Below, piece after piece: positions 54,164 to 63,418 of a DNA stretch of 64,000 nt. Under the pieces are notes generated by a model. The model was not told the DNA's origin, searched no databases, and saw nothing but the letters and a program-made list of their open reading frames with translations. Both the position numbers and the translations under genes were made by a program. The stretch's first letter is position 1; each line of letters begins with the position of its first letter. Source of the stretch: Candidatus Sumerlaeota bacterium (GTDB taxonomy: Bacteria > Sumerlaeota > Sumerlaeia > MWCT01 > JAUWMI01); contig JAUWMI010000019.1 of the NCBI GenBank assembly GCA_030613245.1, positions 6,728-70,727 on the forward strand, in the 5' to 3' direction.

Positions 54164-55909
54164 ATGCATAACATGAAAGCCGTACTTTGTTCGAGTGTTT
54201 TTATTCTCACATTGATCATGCTTTCTGGGGCTTGCTCACTGATCGGCCTCTCCGGGGAAGGTCTGCCCAAGTTTAAAGAGACTGCTACTTTCATCGCTAT
54301 TGACAAGACCAATCCATCCGATCGTACATTTCCGGGCGGAAGAGGACCGGACGAAATGGTGCTCTATACACCAGATTTCGGAGAGCGTACGGGGACGAAT
54401 CAGTGGGGAAGCGAAGCGGTCGTCGAAAATGGTATCGTTGTGAAAGTGGGGCAAAACAACTCGGTGATTCCCTCTAACGGGTTTGTGCTATCAGGGCACG
54501 GTAAAGCAAATTACTGGATCACGGAACATTTGCTTCTGGGAACGGAGATTGAGATTGTCGGCCAGCAAGCTATAGCGCTAACCACGGCGAAATCTCTAAT
54601 TTATCAGACGCGCGCACGGCTCAAGCTGGTGAAGGAGACACTGGAAAAAGCGCATGCAACTGCTGCGGCGTATCCAGCAGCTGAGGCGCAAGATCGCTAT
54701 GCTGCATCGGAGGCTGATCTTGAGATGGCCGTGGCGCAGCTGGAGCGCGGCCGAACACAGCGCGCTGGAGGGCTTGCTATGCGTGCAAGGCAGAAGGCGC
54801 TGGAAGCCTTTGCGCTGACCAAGCCATCGCGCTCACGTGAAGGACGTGGAGTCTGGTATCGTCTCACTGAAAAGAATCCTCGACAACTTAAAAAGACAAT
54901 CGCTCGCCTCCAGCGCAACGGTTTCAACCTCATCTTTCCCGAAACGATTTACTGGGGCTACTCGATCTATCCCCCGGCGACTTCGGGTTTCGTGCCACAG
55001 GGGGATTCCCGGGCCGCCTCGCTCTTTCAGCAAAATCCGGCATTCCGTGGATGGGACCCGTTGAAGACATTGATTGACGTTGCACACGAAGGGGGCATTC
55101 AGGTGCATGTCTGGGTGCATGTGTTTTTTCTTGGCTTCAAAGACTCGCCATTTATTGAAAGCAATCCGCTCTGGCTTGCACGCAATAAGCAGGGCGCGTG
55201 TGCGTCCACGCGAGAAGAGGGCTACTTTTATCTCTGCATGTCGAACGAAGAGGCACGGACGTTCCTTCTTGAAAACTTCAAAGCCCTGGTAATGAACTAT
55301 GATATTGATGGGTTTCAACTCGATTATATTCGCTATCCGGTCAGCGAGCCGTTCGAAGAGGGGTATTGCTATTGCCAGAGCTGTCGGGGAAAATTCTTTG
55401 CCCAGTACGGACACGATCCAGTTGACATCAGCCCCAGCGAAACGCCAGAGCTCTGGAAGAAATGGAACGCCTTTCGTGAGGAGCAGATCAGCTCGTTTGT
55501 CCGCACAGTTTCAATAACATTGCGGTCAATGAAGCCGGATCTAAAAATCTCTGCAGACGTTTTCTCTGAACTTGCAGATGCGCGGCGCAGTAAATTTCAA
55601 AACTGGGCCGAGTGGGCGCAAAAAGAGTGGGTTGATTTTCTCTGTCCCATGGCGTATAGCACGGATGTTGGGGCAGTGCGCAGGGACGTAGCCAGGATGC
55701 GCGAGATAGTACCTCCAGCTTTGCCTATATTCGTAGGTTTGGCTCCGTACCTTGGTTTATCCGGAGATGCGCTGCTCGACCAGATCGAAGCAACACAGCA
55801 GGAAGGAGCCGATGGCGTGGTGCTCTTTTCGCTGAGTCAGATCAGCGACGATATGATGCACCTGCTCAACCTGGGGCCGTTTCGTACGGATGCAGCGGTA
55901 CCAGAGTAG
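54164..55909 (+). CDS. GHL10 (DUF187) glycoside hydrolase-like lipoprotein
   Basis: LIMLSGACS lipobox-like. YDIDGFQLDYIRYP block. Paralogue of 18885..20153. Confidence 0.7.
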   Translation: MHNMKAVLCSSVFILTLIMLSGACSLIGLSGEGLPKFKETATFIAIDKTNPSDRTFPGGRGPDEMVLYTPDFGERTGTNQWGSEAVVENGIVVKVGQNNSVIPSNGFVLSGHGKANYWITEHLLLGTEIEIVGQQAIALTTAKSLIYQTRARLKLVKETLEKAHATAAAYPAAEAQDRYAASEADLEMAVAQLERGRTQRAGGLAMRARQKALEAFALTKPSRSREGRGVWYRLTEKNPRQLKKTIARLQRNGFNLIFPETIYWGYSIYPPATSGFVPQGDSRAASLFQQNPAFRGWDPLKTLIDVAHEGGIQVHVWVHVFFLGFKDSPFIESNPLWLARNKQGACASTREEGYFYLCMSNEEARTFLLENFKALVMNYDIDGFQLDYIRYPVSEPFEEGYCYCQSCRGKFFAQYGHDPVDISPSETPELWKKWNAFREEQISSFVRTVSITLRSMKPDLKISADVFSELADARRSKFQNWAEWAQKEWVDFLCPMAYSTDVGAVRRDVARMREIVPPALPIFVGLAPYLGLSGDALLDQIEATQQEGADGVVLFSLSQISDDMMHLLNLGPFRTDAAVPE

Positions 55910-55957
55910 ACAGTAGGCAGCAAACAGTAGAAAGTAGACAGTAGACAGTAGATAGGT
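55905..55957. repeat. heptamer array (CAGTAGA-like units), left arm
   Basis: agtagacagtaggcagcaaacagtagaaagtagacagtagacagtagataggta. Starts within the stop codon of the upstream gene. Confidence 0.85.
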
Positions 55958-56026
55958 AAACGCAAGTTTTGGTGAAGGTTGTTGATATATCGGTAACGGG
56001 ATCAATAATTTATTGGAAGTAATGAT

Positions 56027-56398
56027 ATGATGAGTAAACCACTGAAAGCAAAGGCGAAAAAGTTCGAGGATCTTGAGGTTTGGAAAAAGGCTCACCAACT
56101 TGTTTTGCATGTTTATAAGATCACCAAAGATTTTCCAGCGGAGGAAAAATTTGGGCTGGTTTCCCAGATGCGGAGGGCAGCTGTTTCTGTTCCAGCAAAT
56201 ATTGCAGAAGGGTTCAAGAAGCGGACATTAAGGGACAAGTCGAACTTTTATAATATTGCTCAAGGGTCGCTTGAGGAGTTACGTTACTACATCATTTTAT
56301 CTAAAGACCTAGAGTATCTTACTGACAATCGGGATTTGCTGGATATGATTGAAGAAATAGGAAAGATGCTTTATGGGCTTATTAGGAGCATACAGTAA
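56027..56398 (+). CDS. four-helix-bundle protein (23S rRNA intervening-sequence protein / Avd family)
   Basis: FEDLEVWKKAHQLVLHVYKITKDFPAEEKFGLVSQMRRAAVSVPANIAEGF..YNIAQGSLEEL is the family signature. Confidence 0.85.
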   Translation: MMSKPLKAKAKKFEDLEVWKKAHQLVLHVYKITKDFPAEEKFGLVSQMRRAAVSVPANIAEGFKKRTLRDKSNFYNIAQGSLEELRYYIILSKDLEYLTDNRDLLDMIEEIGKMLYGLIRSIQ

Positions 56399-56460
56399 AC
56401 AGCGAACAGTGGAGAGGAAAAAATTCAGTTGCGGTTCTGAAAATGCTTCTAATGCTATCC

Positions 56461-56504
56461 CTGTTTGCTGTCTACTGTCTACCGTCTACTGTCTACTACC
56501 TACT
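56461..56504. repeat. heptamer array, right arm (inverted)
   Basis: ctgtttgctgtctactgtctaccgtctactgtctactacctact is the reverse complement of the left-arm units. Confidence 0.85.
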
Positions 56505-56601
56505 TGCGCGTTCTTGTACAACAGCAAGTCAAAAGTGCTGGTTCGGAACTCAAAAGCGCATCTTCATACATTAACCGCTTTACTCGTGAGTGAGCAATCA
56601 T

Positions 56602-58566
56602 ATGCAACCACTCATTATCGGCACAGCTGGGCACATTGATCACGGCAAGACCCTCCTTATTAAGGCCCTTACCGGTATTGATACAGATCGCCTTGAGGAA
56701 GAAAAGAGACGTGGCATCACCATTGATCTTGGGTTTGCGTACCTGGATCTCCCGTCGGGCCAGCGCGTGGGAATCGTGGACGTGCCGGGCCACGAGCGTT
56801 TTGTGCGCACCATGGTGGCTGGCGCAACGGGCATTGATTACGTTCTCTTAACCGTGGCTGCGGACGAAGGCGTCAAGCCCCAGACCATCGAACACCTTGA
56901 TATTCTTCAGCTCTTGCAGCTCAAGCACGGGTGCGTGGTAATTACCAAAAAAGATTTGATAGAGGAGGAGCTGCTAGCTGTAGTGGGCGAAGAAGTCCGC
57001 CAGCTCGTTGCCGCGACGTTCTTAGAGTCTGCGCCAATTGTTGCTGTATCTGCGCTGACTGGCGAAGGGCTGGAGGAACTCAAGACGACACTTAGCCGTG
57101 AGCTCCAGCAGATTTCTCACGAGCTGCGTGGCCCTTTTTTTCGCCTTCCTATAGATCGCGTGTTCACTGTTCACGGCTTCGGGTGTGTCGTCACAGGCTC
57201 GGTGATGAGCGGTCAGGCATCTGTTGGTGACGACATGGAGATTTTTCCTACTGGTCGGCGAACAAAAATTCGCGGATTGCAGAGCCATAACCAGACGCTC
57301 GAAAGAGTCATTGCCGGGCAACGCACTGCTGTTAATCTAGCTGGCGTCAAGATTCACGAGGTTGAGCGCGGGTATGAACTCGCACCTCCCGGGGCTCTCA
57401 CCCCAGCACCTTTTCTTGACGTTACGTTTTCCTACATGAAGAGCAATAGCAAGCCACTGCGTCTCCCTATTACTCTCCATTTTCATAGAGGAACCATGGA
57501 AACCACGGCACGGCTGGTTCCGCTGGAACGGGACGTCGTTGAGCCCGGGGAGCAGGCCCTGGCGCAGCTACGCTTCGCCCACCCGGTAGTAGCGATGCGC
57601 GGTGACCGCTATATTGTGCGCTTGCCTGCGCCGGTGCGAACAATTGGCGGCGGCGAAATCCTGCGCATCTCGCAAAAGAAAATCAGCCGCTTTAAAACAA
57701 AAAGCGTAGACGAATTGCGAGCTCTGCAGCGTGGTCCTTCTCAGGAGCTCACGCTCGCCCTGCTTGGCAAGCAGCCATGGACGGCCGTTACGCCAGAGCT
57801 TCTTCAGCGCCTCCTGACTATTGATGCGTCACAAGCTGCGTGTGTCCATAAGCAGCTGAGTGATATCAGGATGCTCACCCCGCTCCAGGTGGAAAGCCAG
57901 ATAGCACTTTTTCTCACCGATGCGGTTGACGAATGTGCCGTGCGTATTCTTGCTCACCTGCGTGAGTTTCACGAGTCGCACCTCCTGGAGCCGGGGATTG
58001 ACAGGCTGGCGCTAAAATCCGCGCTCCTTATGGATATCCCTTTGCCCGTGTTCAATGCACTCTTAAACAAACTCAAGAGGGAGTCGAAAATACGAATAGA
58101 CCACACGCGCGTGGCGTTAGCCGATTTTTCTGTTCGCCTTACACCCGCGCAGCAGAAGATGAAGCAGCATATTATCAATCTCTACCGCAGGGGCCAGATC
58201 GCTCCCCCAACTATTACGGAAGTGAGACAGCAGGTACGGAGAGATTTCCCGGGTGAACATGGTCAGACAGTGGATCACATCCTTATGCTCCTGAAAGATG
58301 ACGGGATGCTCGTGGAAATTTCAAAGGAGCTCTGGTATCTCACTGATGTGTTGACGAGCATCCTGGGGCAACTGCGCGATCAATTCACCCCGCAACAACG
58401 CTTCTCTGTGGCTTCTTTTAAAGAGATGTTTCAGCTCTCGCGCAAGTTCGCTATTCCCTTGCTAGAGTATCTGGATGCGGAAGGGGTGACAGCGCGGCGA
58501 AATGGAGAGCGCATCTTTATTGGGAGCGAGGCGCTCCTGCGCAAGCTCGTGCCTGCAACACGCTGA
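56602..58566 (+). CDS. selB: selenocysteine-specific translation elongation factor
   Basis: [46 protein letters not shown], and a long C-terminal winged-helix extension. ATG 56602 chosen. Confidence 0.9.
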   Translation: MQPLIIGTAGHIDHGKTLLIKALTGIDTDRLEEEKRRGITIDLGFAYLDLPSGQRVGIVDVPGHERFVRTMVAGATGIDYVLLTVAADEGVKPQTIEHLDILQLLQLKHGCVVITKKDLIEEELLAVVGEEVRQLVAATFLESAPIVAVSALTGEGLEELKTTLSRELQQISHELRGPFFRLPIDRVFTVHGFGCVVTGSVMSGQASVGDDMEIFPTGRRTKIRGLQSHNQTLERVIAGQRTAVNLAGVKIHEVERGYELAPPGALTPAPFLDVTFSYMKSNSKPLRLPITLHFHRGTMETTARLVPLERDVVEPGEQALAQLRFAHPVVAMRGDRYIVRLPAPVRTIGGGEILRISQKKISRFKTKSVDELRALQRGPSQELTLALLGKQPWTAVTPELLQRLLTIDASQAACVHKQLSDIRMLTPLQVESQIALFLTDAVDECAVRILAHLREFHESHLLEPGIDRLALKSALLMDIPLPVFNALLNKLKRESKIRIDHTRVALADFSVRLTPAQQKMKQHIINLYRRGQIAPPTITEVRQQVRRDFPGEHGQTVDHILMLLKDDGMLVEISKELWYLTDVLTSILGQLRDQFTPQQRFSVASFKEMFQLSRKFAIPLLEYLDAEGVTARRNGERIFIGSEALLRKLVPATR

Positions 58567-58633
58567 GCCGCTCGCCGGCGCACGTTAGTTCGTATCCTGA
58601 GCACACTCCGGCTAGTATACCATCACAGGAGAT

Positions 58634-58660
58634 GTAGGGGCGTTTAATTAAACGCCCTAC
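58634..58660. repeat. REP-type palindrome, family A
   Basis: gtaggggcgtttaattaaacgccctac. Confidence 0.85.
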
Positions 58661-58906
58661 GTAGTAGCTGACTGTACTGAATCTGACAGCTGGAATTACT
58701 TGCTTCACTCTGAGATTGTCGGAGGGCATATCATTTTCTGCTACCTCATGCTGTGCCGCCATGCCAGTGGCATTGTTGGCTTCGCCAAACGGCGCATCTC
58801 GACTGTGCGGATTTAGTTCTTAAAGAACCTAATAGCGCTCACCTGCCTGTGGCAGACACGTCAAGTAGCTAGCCTTTGGGATTCGCAATTCTCACTACTT
58901 GCAGCA

Positions 58907-58978
58907 CAAGATATTTTCAAGTCCATGTGCGCCCCGGGCGTATATGACCTGGAATACTAACTTGTTTGACAAGAGGCC
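58907..58978 (+). repeat. 72-bp direct repeat (copy 1) containing a TTGACA box
   Basis: caagatattttcaagtccatgtgcgccccgggcgtatatgacctggaatactaacttgtttgacaagaggcc. About 82 percent identical to 61380-61450 by hand alignment. Confidence 0.85.
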
Positions 58979-59046
58979 AAGAAATTATTAATAAGATTAC
59001 TAGTCAGAGGGTCATTTTCTCAGGAACTCTATAAAAGCATAATCTT

Positions 59047-61284
59047 ATGAGACGCGTACTCGTCGTCATCCAGTATTTTCATGAAGACAAGTTGGGGGCT
59101 TATCGGCGCTTAGCCAATTTTCTCAAAGAAAATGCCTCATTGCGGTTCCTCGTGCCGAGCCATCGAACTGATGGGAAGTGGAGCAGAGGCCTTCCTTCAT
59201 TAGCTTCGGTCGAGCCAGTGAGGATATCGCCACGCTGGCCGGAACGTGGCCAGTTCTGGGGCTGGCTCCGCTATGGGCTGGAGTATTGGCGTTGTCTCAG
59301 TCGGGCCGAGCCGCCGCTAAGCGAGTTTTTTTGCGTGGCTCCTCCGGCGTGGTTCAGCCTCCCGGCTGCTCTGCTAGCATACTGGCATGGAATCCCCTGC
59401 GTATTGGACTTGGGGGATTCAGCCATCTCTCAAGCCAGGGGGATCTCGCGCCTGTGGCATCTGGTGGCAGAGCGGCTCTTGCGCCGCCTATCCTGCGCCG
59501 TCGTGGTTGCTTCCCCTGACCTGGCTAAAAATCAGGATCAAACCGTTATAACCGGAATTGGAGAGGAGTTCTTTCGAATCGGAGAACGTCGTTTGACCGA
59601 TGGAAATTGGGAGGGCAACCCATCCCCCCAGGTGGTCTATTGCGGAACGTTCGGCGAACTGCAAACCCTTGATCATCTGCTCGAAGTCCTGGCCGACTTG
59701 ATTGGCAAACTGCCTGGCATAAGGCTGACTCTGATCGGTCGAGGCTGTCATGGGGAAGAAAACAAGTTGCGCGCCCTTGTGGCTCGGCTGGGACTGCAGG
59801 CCAATGTGACGGTGGAGGAGCAACTAGCTCCTAATGAGATTCCACAAAGGCTTGCCCGCGCGGACTGGGGTTTGGTGACGCTCAGCGACCGCCCCGAACT
59901 TCATTACGCGATACCGACAAAAATTCTTGAATACTTGGCGGCAGCCCTTCCGGTACTGGCTATAGGAGGCGAGCGGATGCGCAAGATCCTGGCGACTTCG
60001 GAGGGAGGGGTATGGCTTGCGCCCCGCGAGGTTTATTCCAGCCATGGAGGCGAGCTGCTAGCGTCTGTGCTCGCAGGCCCCCGCCGCCAGTTTGCCGAGC
60101 GCGGATTTGCTTACGCCCGCAGCCATCTGACAAAGGCTGCTTATCAGGCCGAGATGAACACTATTCTCTTGCGCCATGCCCGTCGCTGGTCGCCGACGGT
60201 TGAACGGGCGCTGGTGTGGCTGGAAAAGAAGTGCCTGGTCGGTCGTCCGTATCTACCCGCCGGGAGGTTGGCTGTCCGCCATTCGATTCCCCCTTCTCGT
60301 ATTCCCCAGGCAGATCGCTGGGCCTATCCCGAAGCCTCGGCCTATGCGGCCATGCTTTATCTCGAGCTTTACCGGCTTGATCCAAAACCGATCTTCCTTG
60401 AGCGGGCGAAGGCGCTGGCTACCTGGGTGGCTAACTCGCAGACTCCGAGCGGGGGCGTGCCCTTTGTCTATGACCTGCTTGAGCGTAAATTCAAAGGTCC
60501 TTGCTACGCCTTCGACACGGGGATGGCTGTGCGGGCCTGGCTGATGCTGGCAAGGACGATGTGCGACACCACGTTGAAGGACGCAGCTGGCCGGGCAGGT
60601 CGCTGGCTTATCGGGCGGATGCAGGCCGAGGACGGTTTCTTCCGCGCTGCCGAAAGGATAGATAACGGCGGCGACCTGGCACTGCCGGTACCTTCGTGTC
60701 ATTACGGCGACGGAGGCGCACTACACCTGAAGCTTGCATTGCCGCTGGCGGACCTTATCAGGGCTTTTCCAGAGGAAGAAGCCTATGCGACAGCCCGGCG
60801 CCGCCTGCTCGATTGGGGGCTTCGGTTGCCCCTACCTGAAGGAGCCTACCCTATCGGCCAGGGAACTCGTGAAGTCTTTATTCACACACATTGCTATGCC
60901 CTAGAGGGATTAATCGGCGTTGTTGAGGCATTGGATGTCTGGCATCGAGGGCTGCTTTGGAGCGCAAGATACGTCCGCGAAGATGGTTTGATGCCCCAGA
61001 CAGTGTCCTACAGGCACTGCGGTCCCCCCGCCATTGATGCCAGCGCGCAGACACTGCGGCTTCTGGCTCTGATGGTACGCGAGCGTACGGAAAACGAAAT
61101 AATATTACACACAGCCGAGCGCATGGCACGCGCCTTACGCCGTGCCCAGCGACGCGACGGCTCCTGGCCCGAATTCGTGAAAAAGCAAGAACGCCGTGGC
61201 CCACCTGTTTGGCCTGCGCTCCTGGCCATCTCTGCCCTGCTCTTCTGGGAGCGCGAAGAACTCGAAGCCGACTGGATTTTCTAA
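59047..61284 (+). CDS. fusion protein: GT-B (GT4-like) glycosyltransferase plus C-terminal alpha/alpha-toroid (terpenoid cyclase/prenyltransferase-like) domain
   Basis: N-terminal half carries a GT4-like EX7E region (PTKILEYLAAALPVLA). C-terminal half carries QW-like repeats (SQTPSGGVPF, QAEDGFF, AQRRDGSWPEF). Confidence 0.6.
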   Translation: MRRVLVVIQYFHEDKLGAYRRLANFLKENASLRFLVPSHRTDGKWSRGLPSLASVEPVRISPRWPERGQFWGWLRYGLEYWRCLSRAEPPLSEFFCVAPPAWFSLPAALLAYWHGIPCVLDLGDSAISQARGISRLWHLVAERLLRRLSCAVVVASPDLAKNQDQTVITGIGEEFFRIGERRLTDGNWEGNPSPQVVYCGTFGELQTLDHLLEVLADLIGKLPGIRLTLIGRGCHGEENKLRALVARLGLQANVTVEEQLAPNEIPQRLARADWGLVTLSDRPELHYAIPTKILEYLAAALPVLAIGGERMRKILATSEGGVWLAPREVYSSHGGELLASVLAGPRRQFAERGFAYARSHLTKAAYQAEMNTILLRHARRWSPTVERALVWLEKKCLVGRPYLPAGRLAVRHSIPPSRIPQADRWAYPEASAYAAMLYLELYRLDPKPIFLERAKALATWVANSQTPSGGVPFVYDLLERKFKGPCYAFDTGMAVRAWLMLARTMCDTTLKDAAGRAGRWLIGRMQAEDGFFRAAERIDNGGDLALPVPSCHYGDGGALHLKLALPLADLIRAFPEEEAYATARRRLLDWGLRLPLPEGAYPIGQGTREVFIHTHCYALEGLIGVVEALDVWHRGLLWSARYVREDGLMPQTVSYRHCGPPAIDASAQTLRLLALMVRERTENEIILHTAERMARALRRAQRRDGSWPEFVKKQERRGPPVWPALLAISALLFWEREELEADWIF

Positions 61285-61379
61285 AAAATCTCCGCATTTA
61301 TCCAGTGCCCCCTGATCATGCTACCTTCCTGTTACCCGGGAGCTATGCCAATATCTGGCAACCCCCCCAACTTCTGACT

Positions 61380-61450
61380 CAAGATTTTTCAAGCCCATGT
61401 GCACCTTGGGCGTATACGACCTGGAATGCTAGCTCATTTGACAAAGGGCC
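61380..61450 (+). repeat. 72-bp direct repeat (copy 2)
   Basis: caagatttttcaagcccatgtgcaccttgggcgtatacgacctggaatgctagctcatttgacaaagggcc. Confidence 0.85.
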
Positions 61451-61894
61451 GCTCGTATTAGCTCAGCGCAGGATGCTGCTGGGCGATGAGCGGATTGCCA
61501 GATTCTTACTGCCTTGACGTGGCGTGATCGTGATAACCTCAAAAGATACAATCCTCTATCCTGGGAGACGCTTCGATAATTTCTCCCCGTTGCTTTTGTT
61601 ATTTGCGAAATAATTATTGAAATTCAATGCAGGAACGTGGTTGAATTCTTGCGTTTTTCTGAAGAGCAAAGCACCAATTTTTTTCGCTTGTGTAGAACCA
61701 TGGGGGCAAAGAGCGTTGAATTACAAATTGCAAGGGGCTCATTAAACAAAATAGGCCACAGAGGAACTCCCGGAAGAGAGAAAGCAAAACGGTCTTTGCG
61801 CGCCAAGCGATTGCGCGCTGCGGATTGCATCGTCTGAGGCGTAAGGCGCCCCATGTGAACCTCCTGTAATCAGATAGTATGAGGGTATCCTGAC

Positions 61895-63400
61895 GTGACT
61901 TCGCGAACATCAAATACACCAAAGACAATACAGACCCCTACAGGGAAGCAGCTCCGTGGGTTTCTCAGCCAGATTCAGGTGATCAATAGTATCAATGCCG
62001 CCCTGAGTGGCACGACCGACATGGAAGAGATTCACCGGATTATCCTCTCAGCGCTCACGTCGAAAGTAGGGCTGGGCTTCTCGCGTGCTTTTCTTTTTCT
62101 CTGCGATCCAGCACGAAAGAGCCTTGCGGGGAAATACGCTGTAGGGCCGTCAACCAAGCAGGAGGCTGAAGCCTGCATGCAGGAACAGGCTCAGCAGTAT
62201 GATCTCATAGACCAGCTCCAGCACAGCCTGTATCCCGGCACCTTGGAGGCTGTAACACCTTTTCGGGGCAACGGAACCGAGCGCTTGAAATCTGGCCGCC
62301 TCTGGATTGAGCTCTTTGAAAGGCATCCGCCCAATCGCGCACTCACGCATAAGATCGAGCAGATAAGTTTTGATATGCCTTCCGGTACAGCCCAGAAAAG
62401 AGGCCTGCGCAGTGCCTGCCATGAGAATCGCATCTGCCTCTGCGAAAAATCACACGCGCGCTCCCTGTTTCCCGCTGAATTGCTCAACTGCCTGGATGCC
62501 AAATTCCTCATCCTGCCTCTCAATACGAAAAAGGGCCTTCACGGAGTTGTCATTGTTGATCGCAAGTTCGACCGCAAGACAATTACGAAAGCCGACGTAC
62601 GTTATCTCGAATGGTTCAAGACGCCATTCGCCCTGGCCATCGAGAACACCGAGCTATTCACGGACCTCGAATTTGCATACAGCGAGCTGCAGCAACTCGA
62701 CGCGCTTAAGAGCAACTTCCTGGCTGTGATTTCTCACGAGCTGCGGACGCCGCTAACTGCGATCCAGGGCTTCATAGACCTCCTTATGAACGGCAAGGCA
62801 GGACGTCTCTCGGCCAGTCAACAGGATCTGCTTGCTCGCGTTGTCCGCAATGCCACGCATCTGATCAGCATGGTTAATGATCTCATTGAGGTCGCTGAAA
62901 TTGAAGCTCAGGGCCCGAGCCAGCGACACCTCGAATCTGTTGATCCCCTGGACGCTCTCATGACTACGCTGCCCCGCTTGGAACAGCGCAGGGAGACGAA
63001 GCACGTGAGTATAGAACCAGTACTTACCCAGCAGATTCCCAGGGTCCTGACCGAGCAAAAGGCACTCGAGCGCATCCTCTATCACCTGCTGGATAATGCC
63101 GTGAAGTTCTCGCCCAACAACAGTACTGTCACGGTGGAATTCGAGCCCGTCGAAGCTAAACTCAACATCCATGTCCGTGACCAGGGTATTGGCATACATA
63201 GCCTGCACCTAAAAAGAATCTTTGACTATTTTTACCAGGTTGACAATAAACTCACTCGATCATATGAAGGATTGGGTCTCGGACTGGCAACCACGCGCGT
63301 GTTGCTTCTCGCCACAGGTGGCGAGATTACGGTGAAAAGTACACGTGAAAGCGGAAGCGTCTTTACCATTACGTATCCGATCGTTGAGAAGACCGGTTAA
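61895..63400 (+). CDS. sensor histidine kinase with GAF-like input domain (cytoplasmic)
   Basis: H box SHELRTPLTAIQGF, N box LLDNAVKFSP, DQGIGI, GLGLGLA. GTG start with GAGGG 9 nt upstream. Confidence 0.85.
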   Translation: MTSRTSNTPKTIQTPTGKQLRGFLSQIQVINSINAALSGTTDMEEIHRIILSALTSKVGLGFSRAFLFLCDPARKSLAGKYAVGPSTKQEAEACMQEQAQQYDLIDQLQHSLYPGTLEAVTPFRGNGTERLKSGRLWIELFERHPPNRALTHKIEQISFDMPSGTAQKRGLRSACHENRICLCEKSHARSLFPAELLNCLDAKFLILPLNTKKGLHGVVIVDRKFDRKTITKADVRYLEWFKTPFALAIENTELFTDLEFAYSELQQLDALKSNFLAVISHELRTPLTAIQGFIDLLMNGKAGRLSASQQDLLARVVRNATHLISMVNDLIEVAEIEAQGPSQRHLESVDPLDALMTTLPRLEQRRETKHVSIEPVLTQQIPRVLTEQKALERILYHLLDNAVKFSPNNSTVTVEFEPVEAKLNIHVRDQGIGIHSLHLKRIFDYFYQVDNKLTRSYEGLGLGLATTRVLLLATGGEITVKSTRESGSVFTITYPIVEKTG

Positions 63401-63418
63401 CATTCCCCGCTGGAGCTG

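Noticed and set aside
56027-56398. Avd-like four-helix-bundle gene as a marker of a diversity-generating retroelement
   Set aside because: No reverse transcriptase gene and no template/variable repeat pair are visible within the window.
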